The notes under the pieces: generated by a model
Seen by the model: the letters and a program-made list of their open reading frames with translations, nothing else
Database searches by the model: none
Told to the model about the DNA's origin: nothing
Program-made: the position numbers and the translations under genes
Assembly: GCA_003344405.1 (NCBI GenBank)
Contig: NOWV01000123.1
Location: 124,001-188,000 of the forward strand
Length of the DNA: 64,000 bases
Source of the DNA: Trichoplax sp. H2
Lineage: Eukaryota
Direction: 5' to 3'
Part shown: positions 26,601 to 41,467 of the stretch, piece after piece
Layout of the letters: each line of letters starts with the position of its first letter
Position numbering within the stretch: the stretch's first letter is position 1

Positions 26601-29020
26601 ATTACTATGTAATTATGCTATTATGCTAGCATCCCTGAGTTAGAAGAACTAAATACTGAGTGGTTACAACTTCATCGACGTCAGATTGAATTGCAACAAA
26701 AACTTTTCACTGATCTTCGAGCAAAGGTACCTTTATTTGATTCACCAGTAAAGCGACCAAAGATGACAGCTAAAATATTGCTGTACTGTGTTTTATTACC
26801 TTGCAGATCATACCACTAGTAGATGAATTAACCGTTACTGGTCAAACACTCGCAGAATTAGATGTTGCTTGTGCATTGGGTATTGGAGCACATGAAAGGG
26901 TATATCATGAACTTTTTACTTTTAACAGATTTCTAGTATTACAGTGTATACTCAGTATTCATGCATGAAAATACACATGCTGGTATTTCTATATGTAATT
27001 CTTGCAGGGGTATTGCAGGCCACTGATTACTGAAGATACTACTTTCGATATTAAGAACGGAAGACATCCTATTATTGATGCATATTACAGCGGTAACTTA
27101 TTTAGCTTTTAAATCATTTGAAGAAATGAAATCTATGACAGTTAAATTGCTACAATATATGTACAGTATTTCAATTATTTTGCAAAAAGAATATCTTTTA
27201 ATTTCTCTTCTCAATAGCTGTACGTAGTACAGCATTACTATCCTATATTTCTGGATAACTTGAAGACATAAATCTCATTACAACTGCATAATTAATAATA
27301 ATACTGCTTGTAAATAATCGCATGTATACTATTATTTTTCTGCTATTTGCTCGTATAAACTAGAAATGTGCGTAAGTAACAACTGCAATTTGAACGAGAA
27401 AAATGTTTGGATTATAACTGGGCCAAATATGGCAGGTAAAACTATCACTTACAACGATATTCTATTCTGATACTGATAACAGGAAAAATTAAATGCAGCT
27501 TGTGATAGTATAAATGTACTAATTTACTATCAATCAATTATACTGTATAATCATTGATTCTAGGAAAAAGTACTTTTCTTAGGCAGAATGCCTTAATCGT
27601 TATTATGGCACAGGTTTGTTAGCTTTCTAGTTGCTTATATTCGTATAATCTTGTTTAATTCTCCGAGGATCATTGTTCAACATGAATAACTGAATGAGCC
27701 TTTTACTTTTACAGATGGGTAGTTTTGTACCAGCTCAATCAGCTAAAATTGGTACTATATTGCTTGGTATATAGAAAATGAATTAAACTTGATAGCATTA
27801 TTAATACAACTATATCTTTAGGAATTGTTGATCGAATTTTTGCTCGCGTTGGTGCCTGCGATAACATTGCGCAACATAGATCAACTTTTATGGTCGAGAT
27901 GACGGAATCGGCCTATATACTTTCACATGCTACGCCAAATTCATTTGTAGTACTCGATGAAATTGGTTAAATGCCTTTTTTGATTTATACACAGCATTAT
28001 TTCGTCCTCAATTTATACTAAAACTCATGCATATAAAATGTTTTGATAGGGAGAGGTACTTCAACCCTAGATGGAATATCTGTTGCTCAAGCTATTTTGG
28101 AATACTTTCATGAAGTAATACGTTGTCGAACACTATGTGCAACTCACTATCATCAGCTAGGCAAATTAGCCACAACTTTGAAATCAGCTTCATCATATCA
28201 AGTTTCAGCTAAGAAAAATTCAGATGGTGCTATTATGTATTTGTATAAAATATTTGTAAGCGAAAGTAGAGTAAGATTTATTTATAACAGCGCTAAAAAT
28301 TTGAGGGTTATGACGCTAATTCCTAATTTCGGTCACGGTAAAGTAAGAAATGTCATTCTTGCGTTCTATGCAGCCCGGTTATTGTAAACAGTCTCTCGGA
28401 ATTGAAGTTGCTATGCAAGCTGGTATGCCTACAGCCATTGTTGACAAAGCTTCGGTATACAGTTTACTACAAGCTAAACTTTACTAAAATTGCGATTGTT
28501 TGCTATATTTAGAGATTCCCTTGATTTAGTCTATTTCATTTATCATATACTTATTTTGATTTCCAGATAATATTAAAGAAATTACTCGTAACTGAAGACG
28601 AGTCTTTCAGACAATTTAGTATGGGTGGTTTTCCTCTTTACTGAAGTTAGAGATATAATGCACTTATAAACTTAAATTCCTTAAATATCGTTATTTCATC
28701 TTAGATGATCTTGGCCCTAACTCCTTAATGGCAAGTGGTACGAAGGATTCTGAAAGTCAGTTTGCTACTTTAAATGAAGACAGCATTAAAATAATCAGGA
28801 AAATTTGTAAAGGTAATCACAGAGCAATTTATTATTTCAAGTTCACACTGCTAAATGATCTATTTTATATAATGTAATCTCAGGTATACACCCATCATCA
28901 ATAAACCCCAAGGAAGCAATCATACAGCTATATTCAATTCTAGATAATTTGACACCAAAAGAGGCCGATGGATTTATGCACACCCTGATTCGCTTATCAA
29001 GATTGGCTCCCAGCAATTAA
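23666..29020 (+). CDS. MSH1: MutS1-family protein, MSH1-like, predicted mitochondrial, about 23 exons
   Basis: Arg/Ser/Thr-rich, acid-poor N-terminus ([35 protein letters not shown]); domain I ([22 protein letters not shown]); [35 protein letters not shown]; Walker [59 protein letters not shown]. These motifs resemble fungal MSH1 and bacterial MutS more than MSH2-6. Confidence 0.85.
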
Positions 29021-30020
29021 TTATTTATTAAGTTCATTATTTATAAATAATGGAGATATTGCTCTATATTTGTTATCGAGACATTGATAACTTGTGGAAC
29101 TTTATAGGTAATACAGTCAAATAATTCGATAAGAAACCAAAGGTAATGTTTGTTCTCCACTGTTAATAACGAAGGAAGAATTTGCTATAGACGATACTTT
29201 CGTTATTGCAATTTATCAATTAATTGATATTTGATTGATAAATAGTGAAAGATGACTTTATGCGAACATATTATACATAGAATTTATATTCAGTGTTGAT
29301 ATAATTCTAACAAGCCCTACCAAAATCTGTATTTACACATATTTATATACCTGAGTTTGCATCTTAATAATAACTACGTAGAAGATAAGTACGCTATATC
29401 TATACATCGAAATAAAGACACGTTTCACTAGAGTCTCTAAAATTGTTTAGTTTCGTTGTCAAAAAAGCTGCTACGGTGAATCTAATATTGGATCTTCTTA
29501 AAAGAGCATAAGAATCTTGCTAATGTATGACTATGCAATAACAATGATTAAAGTTCGATCCTGAACATAGCGAAGCATAATTTGTCCAAAAAAATGGTCT
29601 TCCTTATCAGGATAATGCTAAAGCAACGTTAGTAATCACATTAGTAAGGATTTATCGCTTACAATATTTTGTTGACGGTAACGACAATCTCCGTAATGAG
29701 TATTTGAAATAGTAAGCAAATACGGTGTTCAGAACAATAGCAAGGAACTATAAGACACTTATCTACTCATTCACAATTAATCGATCTTCAATGATTATAT
29801 ACGCTGGCCTTTTTTAGCTTAAAATCTGTGTCTACACTTTACTGAAATAGTTTCACATTCGATTTATAGCAAAAGCAAAGAATAGAGTATGTGGGCACTA
29901 ACTACTGCCTATGTTTATAAATTGGGAATTTATTAACAGTCAACTCGATACTGTGCATATTCATATTTCGTGAGTCGGTGTTATGTCACGATAAGTCGTT
30001 TATCAGCCAAATTTAAGAAA

Positions 30021-33000
30021 CTATCGTACCCCGCCACGCGTGGAAGTTACAACGTCAGCTTCTCGAGCCATTTTGCGCTCTTTTGCTTTTCGCTCTGATT
30101 GACGGCGATACTGTTCTAGTTCCTTTAAGAGTATTCAAAAATTTTGATAAAGAACGATAGCATAGTAACTGTTATGAATAACTCGTAACATATTTTTACT
30201 GTACATCGTAATGAGAAAATCGTTATTATGTCATTATATTTAACTATATTTTCGCTCAAATGTAAATACGTGTATGTTCAGTAGAGTCAGGTTAGCAGAA
30301 ACTATAGCTTAAAAATAAGCTTTGATCCGCTATATTATACTATTAGTAACAACTAAAATTGTAATTTTAACTCTCTCTCTCTTCTGCATTACGAAATCTA
30401 TTTCAAACAGGTAAATAAATATGGGATGTGTAACGATAGCACATGGATTTGATATTGATTTATCAATAATTACACTAATGAGCTATTTACCTTCTAGCTA
30501 ATACGTCAGTTAGCATCAATGTAATTGATATAATGTATTCGTAATGCTATTTAATGTAATGTAATAAAATTTCCACCGTTAATGTCCATTAGTAAATCTA
30601 ATACACTATTTGATGCTATTTATTACCTTATCCTTTTGAATTCTCATATTATCGATAGGGGATTCTGTATATTGGGAATCAGCAGCAGGATTTTTATTTG
30701 TATTAGAGTTAGTACTTGCTTCTTGAGGAAAATATTGGCAGAATGCACTTTTCCATAGATCCATAGGCCGTCTTAAAAATTTTTAATTATGTTCTATTAA
30801 TTTGTCTACTTTGCAATGGTTAGGTATACTTTTCGATTAAATTATGATTATAGATTGTTTTGAATAATTATAGCCCTAATTTATATACTAACCGAGCGCT
30901 AATTTTTCCTAATTGCTCATCAGAGAGTGGTGGCGCTCCTAGAATCGATATTAAATAGTTACTCAAGAGCAGACTTCGATATTAATGTTAACCGTCTATT
31001 TACAATACCAATTTGAGAGAATAAATCGGTTCCTGCAGGCACGATAATTGGTTTATTATGATCTGTTGCATTAGTTTTGCTATAATATTTAACAATAGGT
31101 AATAGGAAGAGTTATGGAGATGAGTATGATAAGTTAGGATGAGAAGCATAGTTGAAACTACCTTGGTGGAAAATGGAATGCCAAATTACCAATTAACTGA
31201 CGAGCACGTGCTACTAATGATTCATTTTTTGTACTGAAAAACTGGCCAAATATAAAAGCAGAGTCTATTCATAATTATATAGAAAGAAAATATTTCACAC
31301 ATACGTTTTTGAATGATATAATCTTACTTGCAATGTGGCTCCATAGGTATGAGCTATGAATCGTAATGTCTTGGATATTATCTTTCTCTTTTCTGGATCA
31401 AAATCCTAATATAAAAATTTCATTTTAAAAATTCAAAACTAATTACGATTTAGTTAATAATACTACTCAGTTAGAGCACGAGTCTTTAATATTTAAGCAA
31501 TCAACAGTATCGGTGATAACTCAGCTATGATAATTAATTCAATGTACCTGATATATATCATATTTGCTGCCAACAATAACGAGCGGAACTAAAAGTGGCT
31601 CCATGAGTGATTTATCCTAAAGAAATATCACCAATACAACATTATCATTTTTCTTATTATCTGTATTGGCAGAGTACTTTTAAATTGATGCAGTTTTATA
31701 AATCGGATAATGGAAATAGATGTTTGGGATAAAAAATCCAATAATTTTAGAGAGCAATATCGACATTGGAAGTGACAATTACATCCAGACGCATAAGATT
31801 ACGAAAGATAATCTAGCGAAAATTAAAGTTTCCACTATTATTTTCTATCAGACAACACCGTCAAAAATACTAAGTTCGGGTGTATTTTATGATTAAATAT
31901 TAAATATTATATAGATATACGAGTATTATATTTGGTATACCAATACCCATCCTAAATTCATAAAATGATGACAAAACCTACCGGATGATCTTCATTAATC
32001 CTCCTATTTAATTGCTGCTTTAAAAATTCGTGAATGCTACATAAAACAAGATGTTAGTAAATTAGTGAAATTTCAATTCAAAAATATGCTTCATTATGTG
32101 TATATTGTTGTAGTGGTCATGCAAGCGCCCTTTAGTTGATGCTTCTCCATCACACAGACATGAAAAAACGACAATACGTGCACCGCATTCTAGACCAGAT
32201 TGACGTAAATGCTAACTAAGCATCGAAAATTTTATACGGCACTGAAAGCGCCTACGCTATCTACTAGTTATACAAGAGAAATACAAAATTTCTTGTCTCT
32301 ATTGTCGTAGTTGACATAATCTAAGCTTATACAAGCTGATAGCTGAAGTTATGTTGTTGACGTAAAATTGGAATTGAATTTTTACAACTAAAAGATAGGA
32401 AAAGTTGTAAACTTAAATTATTCGACTTGACATTACCACTATTAGGCAGAGCTCATACATATATTGTACCCACAATGAAGGACTTTATTATCTAAATTTC
32501 GTCAATTATTATAATTGCTATAAAGTAAATGATATAGGGTGTTTAATCAAAATAGTGACTTCAATGTATTGATAGGATTGTAACCTTTTGCTTAAAAGTG
32601 TTTCATGATGGGTATGAAAATATGCAATAAAATTAAAACACTATACAAGCAAAATTTAACCTTTTGTCCTTGCCAGCTACTTCATTTACAACTTGGTTAA
32701 TCCTATTTTTAAGCTAATGAAATTTTTAGAAAACAATTTATCAGCTTTTAGTTCCATTCAAATATGAATAAACCAGCAGTAAGAGAATTTTGCCTGATTC
32801 AAAAGAATTTCTAATGTTGTCCATAATTCATTGGGCTTCGATAGATCTATCACAATGACTATAGATATTGATCTACAAGAAGACATTACAGGAGAATTTA
32901 TCTTTTTATCTTTAATAAGATTAGAAAATAAAATAACTTCGTCTCGAAGGTAGTAAAAATAGTAAGTAGTACAGCTGAAAGTAATCGCGACAGGGTCAAG

Positions 33001-34749
33001 TCCATACTATTAATACTACGAAATACTGAATGTATTATATAATTATTAACTATTGTCGGTGTTGATGAGAGGAATACTGAATTCAATTCCAAGATATAAT
33101 GATGCTTCCATTAACTTATGAGTATAAAATGTTTTATTTTATACGTTTGCAATCAGTTAATAACTAATAACTCTTACACTACTAGTCATACCTTTATCAA
33201 AGAGTAATTTAATTTTATTTTTGCGTATTATTAAGATTAGATTTTAGTAATTTTAGTCAAGGCAATCAGAATGCATTCAACTTTTTCATTCGAGAATTCA
33301 TTATCCTTCTCGCAAACCTGATCGTACGTGGCGTAATAACTGTGTCGATTAATTTCGTTAGAAATGTGCCTCCTCCAAGCTCCCAAATATGAGTCACGTC
33401 TTTAACCTTGAATATCGTTTAACGTGAAGGGAAATTAAACATTCATATTTTAAATCCAAGAGTTCTGTTTGTTATTGAGATAGGTTACATACCGTGTTAG
33501 CACCTCTGGCTCTCCTTCCAAACAGATATTCCAAAGCAACAGTAGGTTTGGGGTTCTCATCTCTAAGAAAAATATATAAATTATATACTATTATTATCTT
33601 ACGTATACATTTTGAAATCGTTGTATACGCGTACATATATCTCGATATTCTTTAGAAAAGAATGTCATTATAGTAGGGTGTTACCTGTCCAGAAATCTCA
33701 TAATTATTGAAGACTTTCCCTAAGCGCGAAGTAACCATGGCATGATTATTGCATCATTTTCTAATAATATGATTATTTTAGTGAGCAGAACGTATAAATA
33801 TTTGACTTACTGAATTTTTACTTCCAAGAAAGAAAACGTTGGTCCCATCGCTACCAACATTATTTCCATCAATCACTTTAAAGATTATAAATGATATTGA
33901 CGGATTAGCTTAAAGCATGTCTAACAATTGCGATTGGTATTATGTTGCTATGATCATTATAATCAAGATATTTTGTAGATAAATATATAGATTTCAGGTA
34001 GTAAGACTTACATTCTTTATTTTCTTGCTCTGCACGATTTCTTTCTAATATCGCAATATCCCATAACGATTTTTCACTTTTGCAAAGATAACATGTAATG
34101 CATTACTTTACGTGGCATCATCATGACATACATACTCTATGTTGCATAAAACTTTAAATATCATTGATTTTTATTTCATTTAGCTGAATAGTTACGCTGT
34201 CCTAAGTTGTATTACATAGCAAGTAGATGCGCTTTTTTTCTTATCGAATCTACGGTATACGTTGCGTCTTCGTAATACAGTATCACAATTATATGTATAA
34301 TTAGTAATCTATAAGGGATAAGAAAAAGATACGCACATTTCAAGTAACTTTAGGTAGAAATTACTCCTTCTTAGTCTGCTATTGCTCTTATTTCTTTATT
34401 TAATATCAGCAGTGGTAGCCGATTCGGAAAATAATGTATCATAACATAATAACATATCGTACAAATTTATGTTAAGAGTATGTATGATTGTTTCACGGAT
34501 TTATCGTTATACAACGACGGAAGCCGTCGAAGCAGTCGCTAATGCATCACATCTACAATTATAGTCCTGGACTAAGTAGCCATTACGTATTTGATGATAT
34601 ACTAATCTATATCACTCCATGACACGTAAACACTTGAGCAGTAATGTCATCATTTCAAGAAGTGGTTACTAGCTTGCCGTATCATAGCAACCAATGGATT
34701 GTATGACTAAAAATTGTGCAGTTTTCATTTCATACCTCTTTTCTCCCAT
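30021..34749 (-). CDS. DYNC2LI1: Dynein-2 light intermediate chain 1, multi-exon; last codons uncertain
   Basis: Spliced MGEKSEKSLWDIA...[36 protein letters not shown]...HIWELGGG...IDLSKPNELW...RPMDLWK...IDNMRIQKDKELEQYRR. Stop placed at TAG 30021-30023 if no further intron. Confidence 0.9.
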
Positions 34750-35662
34750 GTTTCAGAATATGGCAATCGTCACACTTCACTACTTTAGACGGCTAAATAT
34801 ATCTGAATAATATCGGATAAATTGATTGATATGTTGTATCAACTTTAGAATGATCTTACTGCGTTTATGATATGGATCAAAATGTACTGCAGCAAGTAGA
34901 AGTTACATGCCGCTCCGTCGAAAACCTTCTCTAGACTACAATACAGTATAATCCGTCTTGCTCCTGAGTACAGTCATAGACTACTAGAAATTGTATACTT
35001 ATAACGTCAATTGAGTGGATTTATAGTATTACAGTTGTAGTTCTATCAAGATTCTTATATCTCTATCCCGTTTATGATACTTTGGAGTACTTTTATGCTT
35101 CCCTTAGTGTAGTCCTTGAGCACTAGAGTAGGACCTCTAAAATGCAATAGTTTACTTTTCATCGTAACCCAATCATTATTTTACTGACTTTTCACTGAAA
35201 AACGACAAGTGATTCAGCACTTGTGCCATTTGTACACGGTAGCCTCGCAACTTGTAGCGTTATGATACCCTAACGTGATAATAAAAGACTTGCATAAAAG
35301 CGCTGTTTCAGTAGTTAAACAGCCCATACTTACCCTACTGGGTATACTGTACGGACGGAATCAAGACATCCAGTCTGTAAGTGGTCCTAAAGTTGCTATA
35401 CTGGTACCACTTTGCTAGGACCTAAATCATACAGTAGAGTTGAAGTTAGTCCTGAGAGCGGAGTCGAACTGCTCGGCTAACTCTAGTCAAAATTAAAGCA
35501 ACTTCATTTGCTTACCTGCTTTTTTTATATTGCAATTAACGTTCAGATATTAATGGAGGTTGAAAATCAATTTGCTGTGACAGCAAGAATAGTGTAAACA
35601 ATCAATAACCAACTGTAATTTGATTACTGTACAGTGTACAGTACCAATATCAATAATTGCAA

Positions 35663-37009
35663 ATGGCATTCATTAAATTCATTATCAACCGACTACCATC
35701 ATGTCGCCCTTATGGGTTAGCTGCCTTTGCTACAAGGGAAGCAACCAAAGGATTAATGCAATTGAGACGACATTCTATTACTTGTCCATTGGGTACAAAT
35801 TTACCGCATTATTTATACAGCCAAGATGAAGCGAAAGCCAAGAATTTAGCAAAGGATATGTTGGTCCTTGAAGATTTTATCACTCAAGAAGAGGAAGAGT
35901 TGTTATTTAGTGAAATTCAGCCTGCCTTTAAAAGGCTAAAATATGAATATTCGCATTGGGATGATGTAAGTAATAAGCACCTTTTATGATAAGGTAGCTG
36001 CAGATAGCTTTACTCATGGAGTTTCATATCCATTGAACTATTATTTACGCTTAAGAGTTGTTATTGCATTGTTATCAGTTGCATGAAGCCTACATGCCAC
36101 ATTTACAGTACAACTTAATGTAAAATTCGATACAATGTAATTGTTGAACGTAATTTGAACTATTGCTAACTTTGATGGATTGTGCTTGCAGGCAATTCAT
36201 GGCTTTCGAGAAACTGAAAAAACAAATTGGTCTTCTGAATGTAATAGTATAATCGCTCGAGTTAGGGAAACTGCATTTGATAGCAATGATCAAATCATGC
36301 CTTTTGTGCATATCTTGGATCTGGCTGAAAATGGGTATTAAAATGGAAAATAAACTTTTACCTTTCTACTATGTTTGCATGCTTTTTGTTGAAGCATACT
36401 AAATGATTGTGTTTTGTAATTTTTCCAATTTAGTTACATTAAAGCACACGTCGATAGTATCAAGGTAAAACTCGCAAGAGTACATGAGTATTTAGGATCT
36501 GAAATCTAACCTCTGTAACTTTATAGAATAAATATCTACAATATCATAATTTTACTACTATATTATATAGAATTATTAGCAATGATGTTAGTTACTGATA
36601 CTAATTTATTCAAAATGTCATACAAGTTTTGTGGTAGGACAATTGCGGGTATTAGTTTACTATCGGCTAGTATTATGAGACTTAAGCTGGATGGGAAGCC
36701 AGATGATATTCCTGTTGACATTTTATTACAACGAAGATCATTGTACATAATGAAGTAAGTTCTGTAACAGAACGCATGTCTTATACGATTGTAGATTAAT
36801 TGTCCTTTAAATAGATTCTGCTGTTGATCAATGCATGCTATTGCTACACTAACGAATATTATGTGCTGGATCTAACATTGAGCAGAGATTCTGCACGTTA
36901 CGACTATACACATGAAATCTTGAAGGATGAAGAATCGCATTGGAAAGGAGTGCATATACCACGTAGTAGAAGAATTTCTGTTATACGAAGAATTGAACCA
37001 AGCAAATAG
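35663..37009 (+). CDS. ALKBH7: AlkB homologue 7, mitochondrial 2OG-Fe(II) dioxygenase, 5 exons
   Basis: [11 protein letters not shown]...[18 protein letters not shown]...[32 protein letters not shown]...[20 protein letters not shown]...RRISVIRR. HxD...H triad and presequence-like N-terminus. Confidence 0.93.
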
Positions 37010-37663
37010 ATTATCCAATCTACCCTGTTAATAAACTACAGTAATAAAATCTACTCTGTATGCTAATCGGGCTAAGTATTTTTACTTTTGCTAACGAATA
37101 TAACGGACCAAATCTTGTATTCTTAAGAAGTTAAAATTTTACATCTTACAGACATCAATGACTGTAATACTGAAGTTTATTATCATTTCTTAAATGCTCA
37201 CCAGAGCTTTAACCAATGATAGCTATTTTATATGATGAAATATCGCACAGATGCATCCTTAAAAGTGCTTTTGAAATGCACAAATTACTATGCACTGATA
37301 TACATATATACTATATATATATTGCATAGCTTCTTACAATTTGTGTGCTGAAAATTAAAAAATAACATTATATACCGATATATTTCCAATCATGCAATTA
37401 AAACAATATTATCTCTTGCCTATGTACAGTACAATAAAATAGCTGAAATAATAGATATACGAGTAAAATATTATCACACAATAGAAATAGTAACTTTTTT
37501 CTTAGTCACTCAAAAAGAATAAAATGCATTCTACGTGACTTTATCACAGCAAAACGCAAAGCGTTTACACCTGATGTTAATTTTTAACCATTTTGTATCA
37601 ATCAAATTCAATACTGCAAATATTTCCGATGACAATTGGATTATAGTACCAATTAGCCTACAA

Positions 37664-39832
37664 TTAATTTTGAGCACAAATTTCATGCAGATAACTCGAG
37701 AATGCTACAGGGAACCTCGTAAAATTTTCACCAGTATACTCTACCACTGTATGACGGACGCCGTTATAATTATCACCTATTGTGTTAAAAATGTTACCAT
37801 AGTAGGCATGGCATTAACATACTGTGCCAACGCTTGCGTCATAAATTTACATAAAAATGAAACTTACTGATGGATTTTAGTTCATGATACTGGCACAGCC
37901 CGTGTATAAGGAGCCTAACAAAGCTATAAAGTAATAGGCAGTTATTATATTTTTGCTAAAGGCTATTGATGAATATTTATTTACTGAATAAAAACCTATT
38001 TTCCATGATCATCACCAAAATCCCATCAAAATCCTTGGAAAACGGAGATATGACATCTTCCTCAACAATTTTAAGTAAATCCTTAGGGCAGAAAAAAATT
38101 AGTAAAAAAAGATATCAATTACTTGGATAGAAACGAGCATCCTCATTGTAACGCTTACAAGTTTGTACGATATCGACTGGCACTGAAAAAAGCAATTAAA
38201 AGGAAACAAAACTATAGATGTGTGTGTCGCTTACCCAAGGAATGTAGTCATTTGTCTGGATAATTTTACGAATATTTGGATCAATACTATTGTAACGCAG
38301 TTTGGCCAAATGCATGTCTGCATCTATTATGATTGTAATAGCGATTATAAGTGAATATAATTAGCGATTCACGCAAATACACAGTAAATACCAAAATAAC
38401 TGTAAAGGATCAAAACTTATTCTTCAGAGATAGCTTACTCAGAGTATTGATATAGACAAAACTTTAGAAAATAATATAGCTAAAATACAGTATTATATTC
38501 TACTCGCAATCAACTGTATTAACCATGTTATATAATAGTAAGTGCATATTTTATGCTATTTTTTAATGAAACTACAGTTCATCATGTTTTACAACTGCAA
38601 AAGCACCTTGAGGTTCTCGATTATGCTTGCCCTTAACTTTGAAATTTGTTTTCTTTTTTGCTTTATTCTTGTTCAATATCCTTTCCTGTTCTTCTTGTGG
38701 TAAATTAATAAAATCTTGCCACAGCTAGAATGAATCCGTAATAATTCGATTTATATTTTGCTTAATTCAGTTGTAATTATCAAAAATACGATTATCTTTA
38801 TAATTTACACGTATTTCTACTTTTATTCTATAAAAATGTCATAATTTTGTATTAGCGATTAAGAATGTCCAGATAAAAATATTCAGGATGTAAATACAGA
38901 ATAATCGGTATAAAATCTATTCATCAAAATTCCTTCTGACAAATCAAGCAGCTAAAGGTCAATTCAATCAATACTAAGCTGACTTTTCGTGCAAGTATAA
39001 ATTACATTATATAATCACATAAACATTTTATGTAACCTTCATGTTTTCAGTTTTCTCCAACAACAATGTAAAAACAGAATTGAAATCTGGCACTAGATCA
39101 CTTAAATCCATATCGCCAAAGTCATCAATCGGTTTGAATGCAGGAAAATCTTCGGCTGTAATTATAATCCAAAGTTAAAGTCAGCAATCCTGAATTTTAC
39201 TAGTAATAATTAACTAATACAGAGATACGCTTTTAAATTGCGGTAGAGTATTGTAATAAACAAGCTGTTACAGTACTATAATATCTCTCTAGTGTACGCC
39301 CTATGTATTATCAATCAGAAAGTCATTCTCTTCCCTTTTACATCGGTATGTAAGTACTGTACAATCAAGTTTAAAATATTTCTTACGCGTGGTGTCAGAC
39401 TTGTTCTTTTTCAACAGCTTTTTGAATTTTCTTTTTTCTTTTCTCATATACTTGACGGTAATTTCCAATCTAGGAACATTCATTTTCTTGAATAATTTAC
39501 GCTTTTTCTTGTCGTCTTTTTTTTTTTGACGCTCCACTTCAAGATCTTCAATGCATTCGATATCACTAATTTATACAAAAATAGAATATTTAAAATAGTC
39601 CAATAGCGAAGGTGATAAAATTCCAAATTATGAGGTATCCAGTTGTCGCTGCTCGAACATTTAGAATAGAAACTAGCCAAGCTTAAAGTACAGTATACAT
39701 TAGGGATGCCAAATTGTTATCCAAGTAGAGACACAGTCCAACTTGGATTTCTGCTTACATCTGATAAGCAGTAAATGCTATTGCAGCAAATAGAATGTTG
39801 CCTAATTTTGTACCATAACTATAACATTCCAT
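37664..39832 (-). CDS. R3HDM4: R3H domain-containing protein 4; 5' exon structure uncertain
   Basis: Exons encode SVFTLLLEKTENMK|LWQDFINLPQEEQERIL and SFVRLLIHGLCQYHELKSIS (RxxxH), ending YLHEICAQN* at 37664. The start at 39832 is a phase-compatible candidate only. Confidence 0.75.
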
Positions 39833-41467
39833 GTATCTCTCCAGTTAGTATAGTACAGTACTGTGCAGTATCATGTCGTTATCTTAACGCTTATGTAATA
39901 GTTAAATATGACGATAACGGAAAACAAAATGCTTAAATTCTGATTACTATTCAATTTACAGTTCTGTTCTTCACTATGATCGATACTGTGTTTCATATAG
40001 TGTCGGAAAGAATGACGAATGCTGTGACTATCATTCGCCCTATAAGGATTACTAAAACTAATAATAAAAATTTGTTGATCGATCGGATTGGTATTAAGCA
40101 AATATTATACGTTTATGTGTAACATTGCAGGGTAGAATTGGAGCACGAAATGTAAAATTGAATCATCAAGTATCAGTATAACTTTAATCGCTTAGTAAAA
40201 TTTAAAATCTCTCGATTGATATACGAGTATACTGGCTGAAGTTTAAATGACCGTCAAATCTCCTATGATTGTATAAGCAGATCATATTACTTTAGTATTT
40301 CGACAATGGCGCACAGGTTTACAATACCATTTAGATACACAGCCGATCACCAAAATCTGACTTACTGTACAGTAAGTACATCAATAATGTTCATTCCTTT
40401 ATATGGTAGCAATGACAACATTACTGTGCAGCAGCATTTTGTTCTACTATTGTCATGTTACCAGCGAACTTATTACACTGAGTGCAATCTAGAGGAGGTG
40501 TTTATGTTAAGCCATTATCACGGATCCATAAAAAATAAATCATACGTCAAGTAATGTAAATTACAGCAATAAAGGTAGACCTCAGATATACAGTACCAGT
40601 CGTTTACTTATTATAACGTTTTTGAATTTATAGTTTACAAAGGATCTATTGCTACACGACCTTATTCAAGCGTTTATTTCAACGCATCGATGTAACTCAT
40701 CGATAGCAATGCAGTTACGCAAGCTTAATCATCATGATTATTTATTACTATAATAAGCGAGTTTTCTTCTTTCTTAGTCATTTTAATCAGTAATGCAGAT
40801 TAAAGGTGAAAGACTAGGATGTAAGCGTAATAAAGTCATGATTAATCCATCAAAACTGCTAAAAGATGACTGAATGGGCGATCGCATTTTTATTCCGATT
40901 GTAACTCAGTATACGTGGTTATTGACTCTATCGTTAAACTACGTCTACTCGTATTCAAGACCAGTAGGCGGATCAGCAACACAGCAAGTTATCCGTGGTT
41001 AACTCAGTATTACAACAACATAAAGAAACAAGAACTTACCATGATGAAAATCAGCTTCAGAACCACAGTACTAAACTATATCATCATCATTATTATTAAT
41101 AACTACCACATCTAGTCGTTGAATAAGCACTACATCACTGCCCCCCCCCAAAAAAAAGAAACGAGCGCCAAATTACTCCATAGACTGTATCTTTTCATTG
41201 AATTGTTTCTTAATCCAGTACGAATAGCGAGCGCTACCTATTCCTTGAATCAATGAAATAACGGCTAGATACCTGTCTACTTCATGATTTTCCTGTTCTA
41301 ATTTGCTGATTTGACCCATGATGATAATTTTCCAAACTAGAAGAACAGTTCTTACGGCTACAAATTAAAAGTCTATTGGCGATAGAATTGCATCATCAAG
41401 GAATTAATATCCCCCAAAATTATTAAACATAATTAATAATAATACGACGTACGGTACGACAGATGCG

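Noticed and set aside
23666-29020. Bacterial contaminant or recent horizontal transfer of mutS
   Set aside because: More than 20 spliceosomal introns, host-like composition and eukaryotic flanking genes.
39292-39345. In-frame TAG after KREENDFLIDNT in R3HDM4 as readthrough or pseudogene sign
   Set aside because: Phase-compatible GT donors lie upstream of the stop, so ordinary splicing can explain it; RNA-seq is needed to fix the junction.
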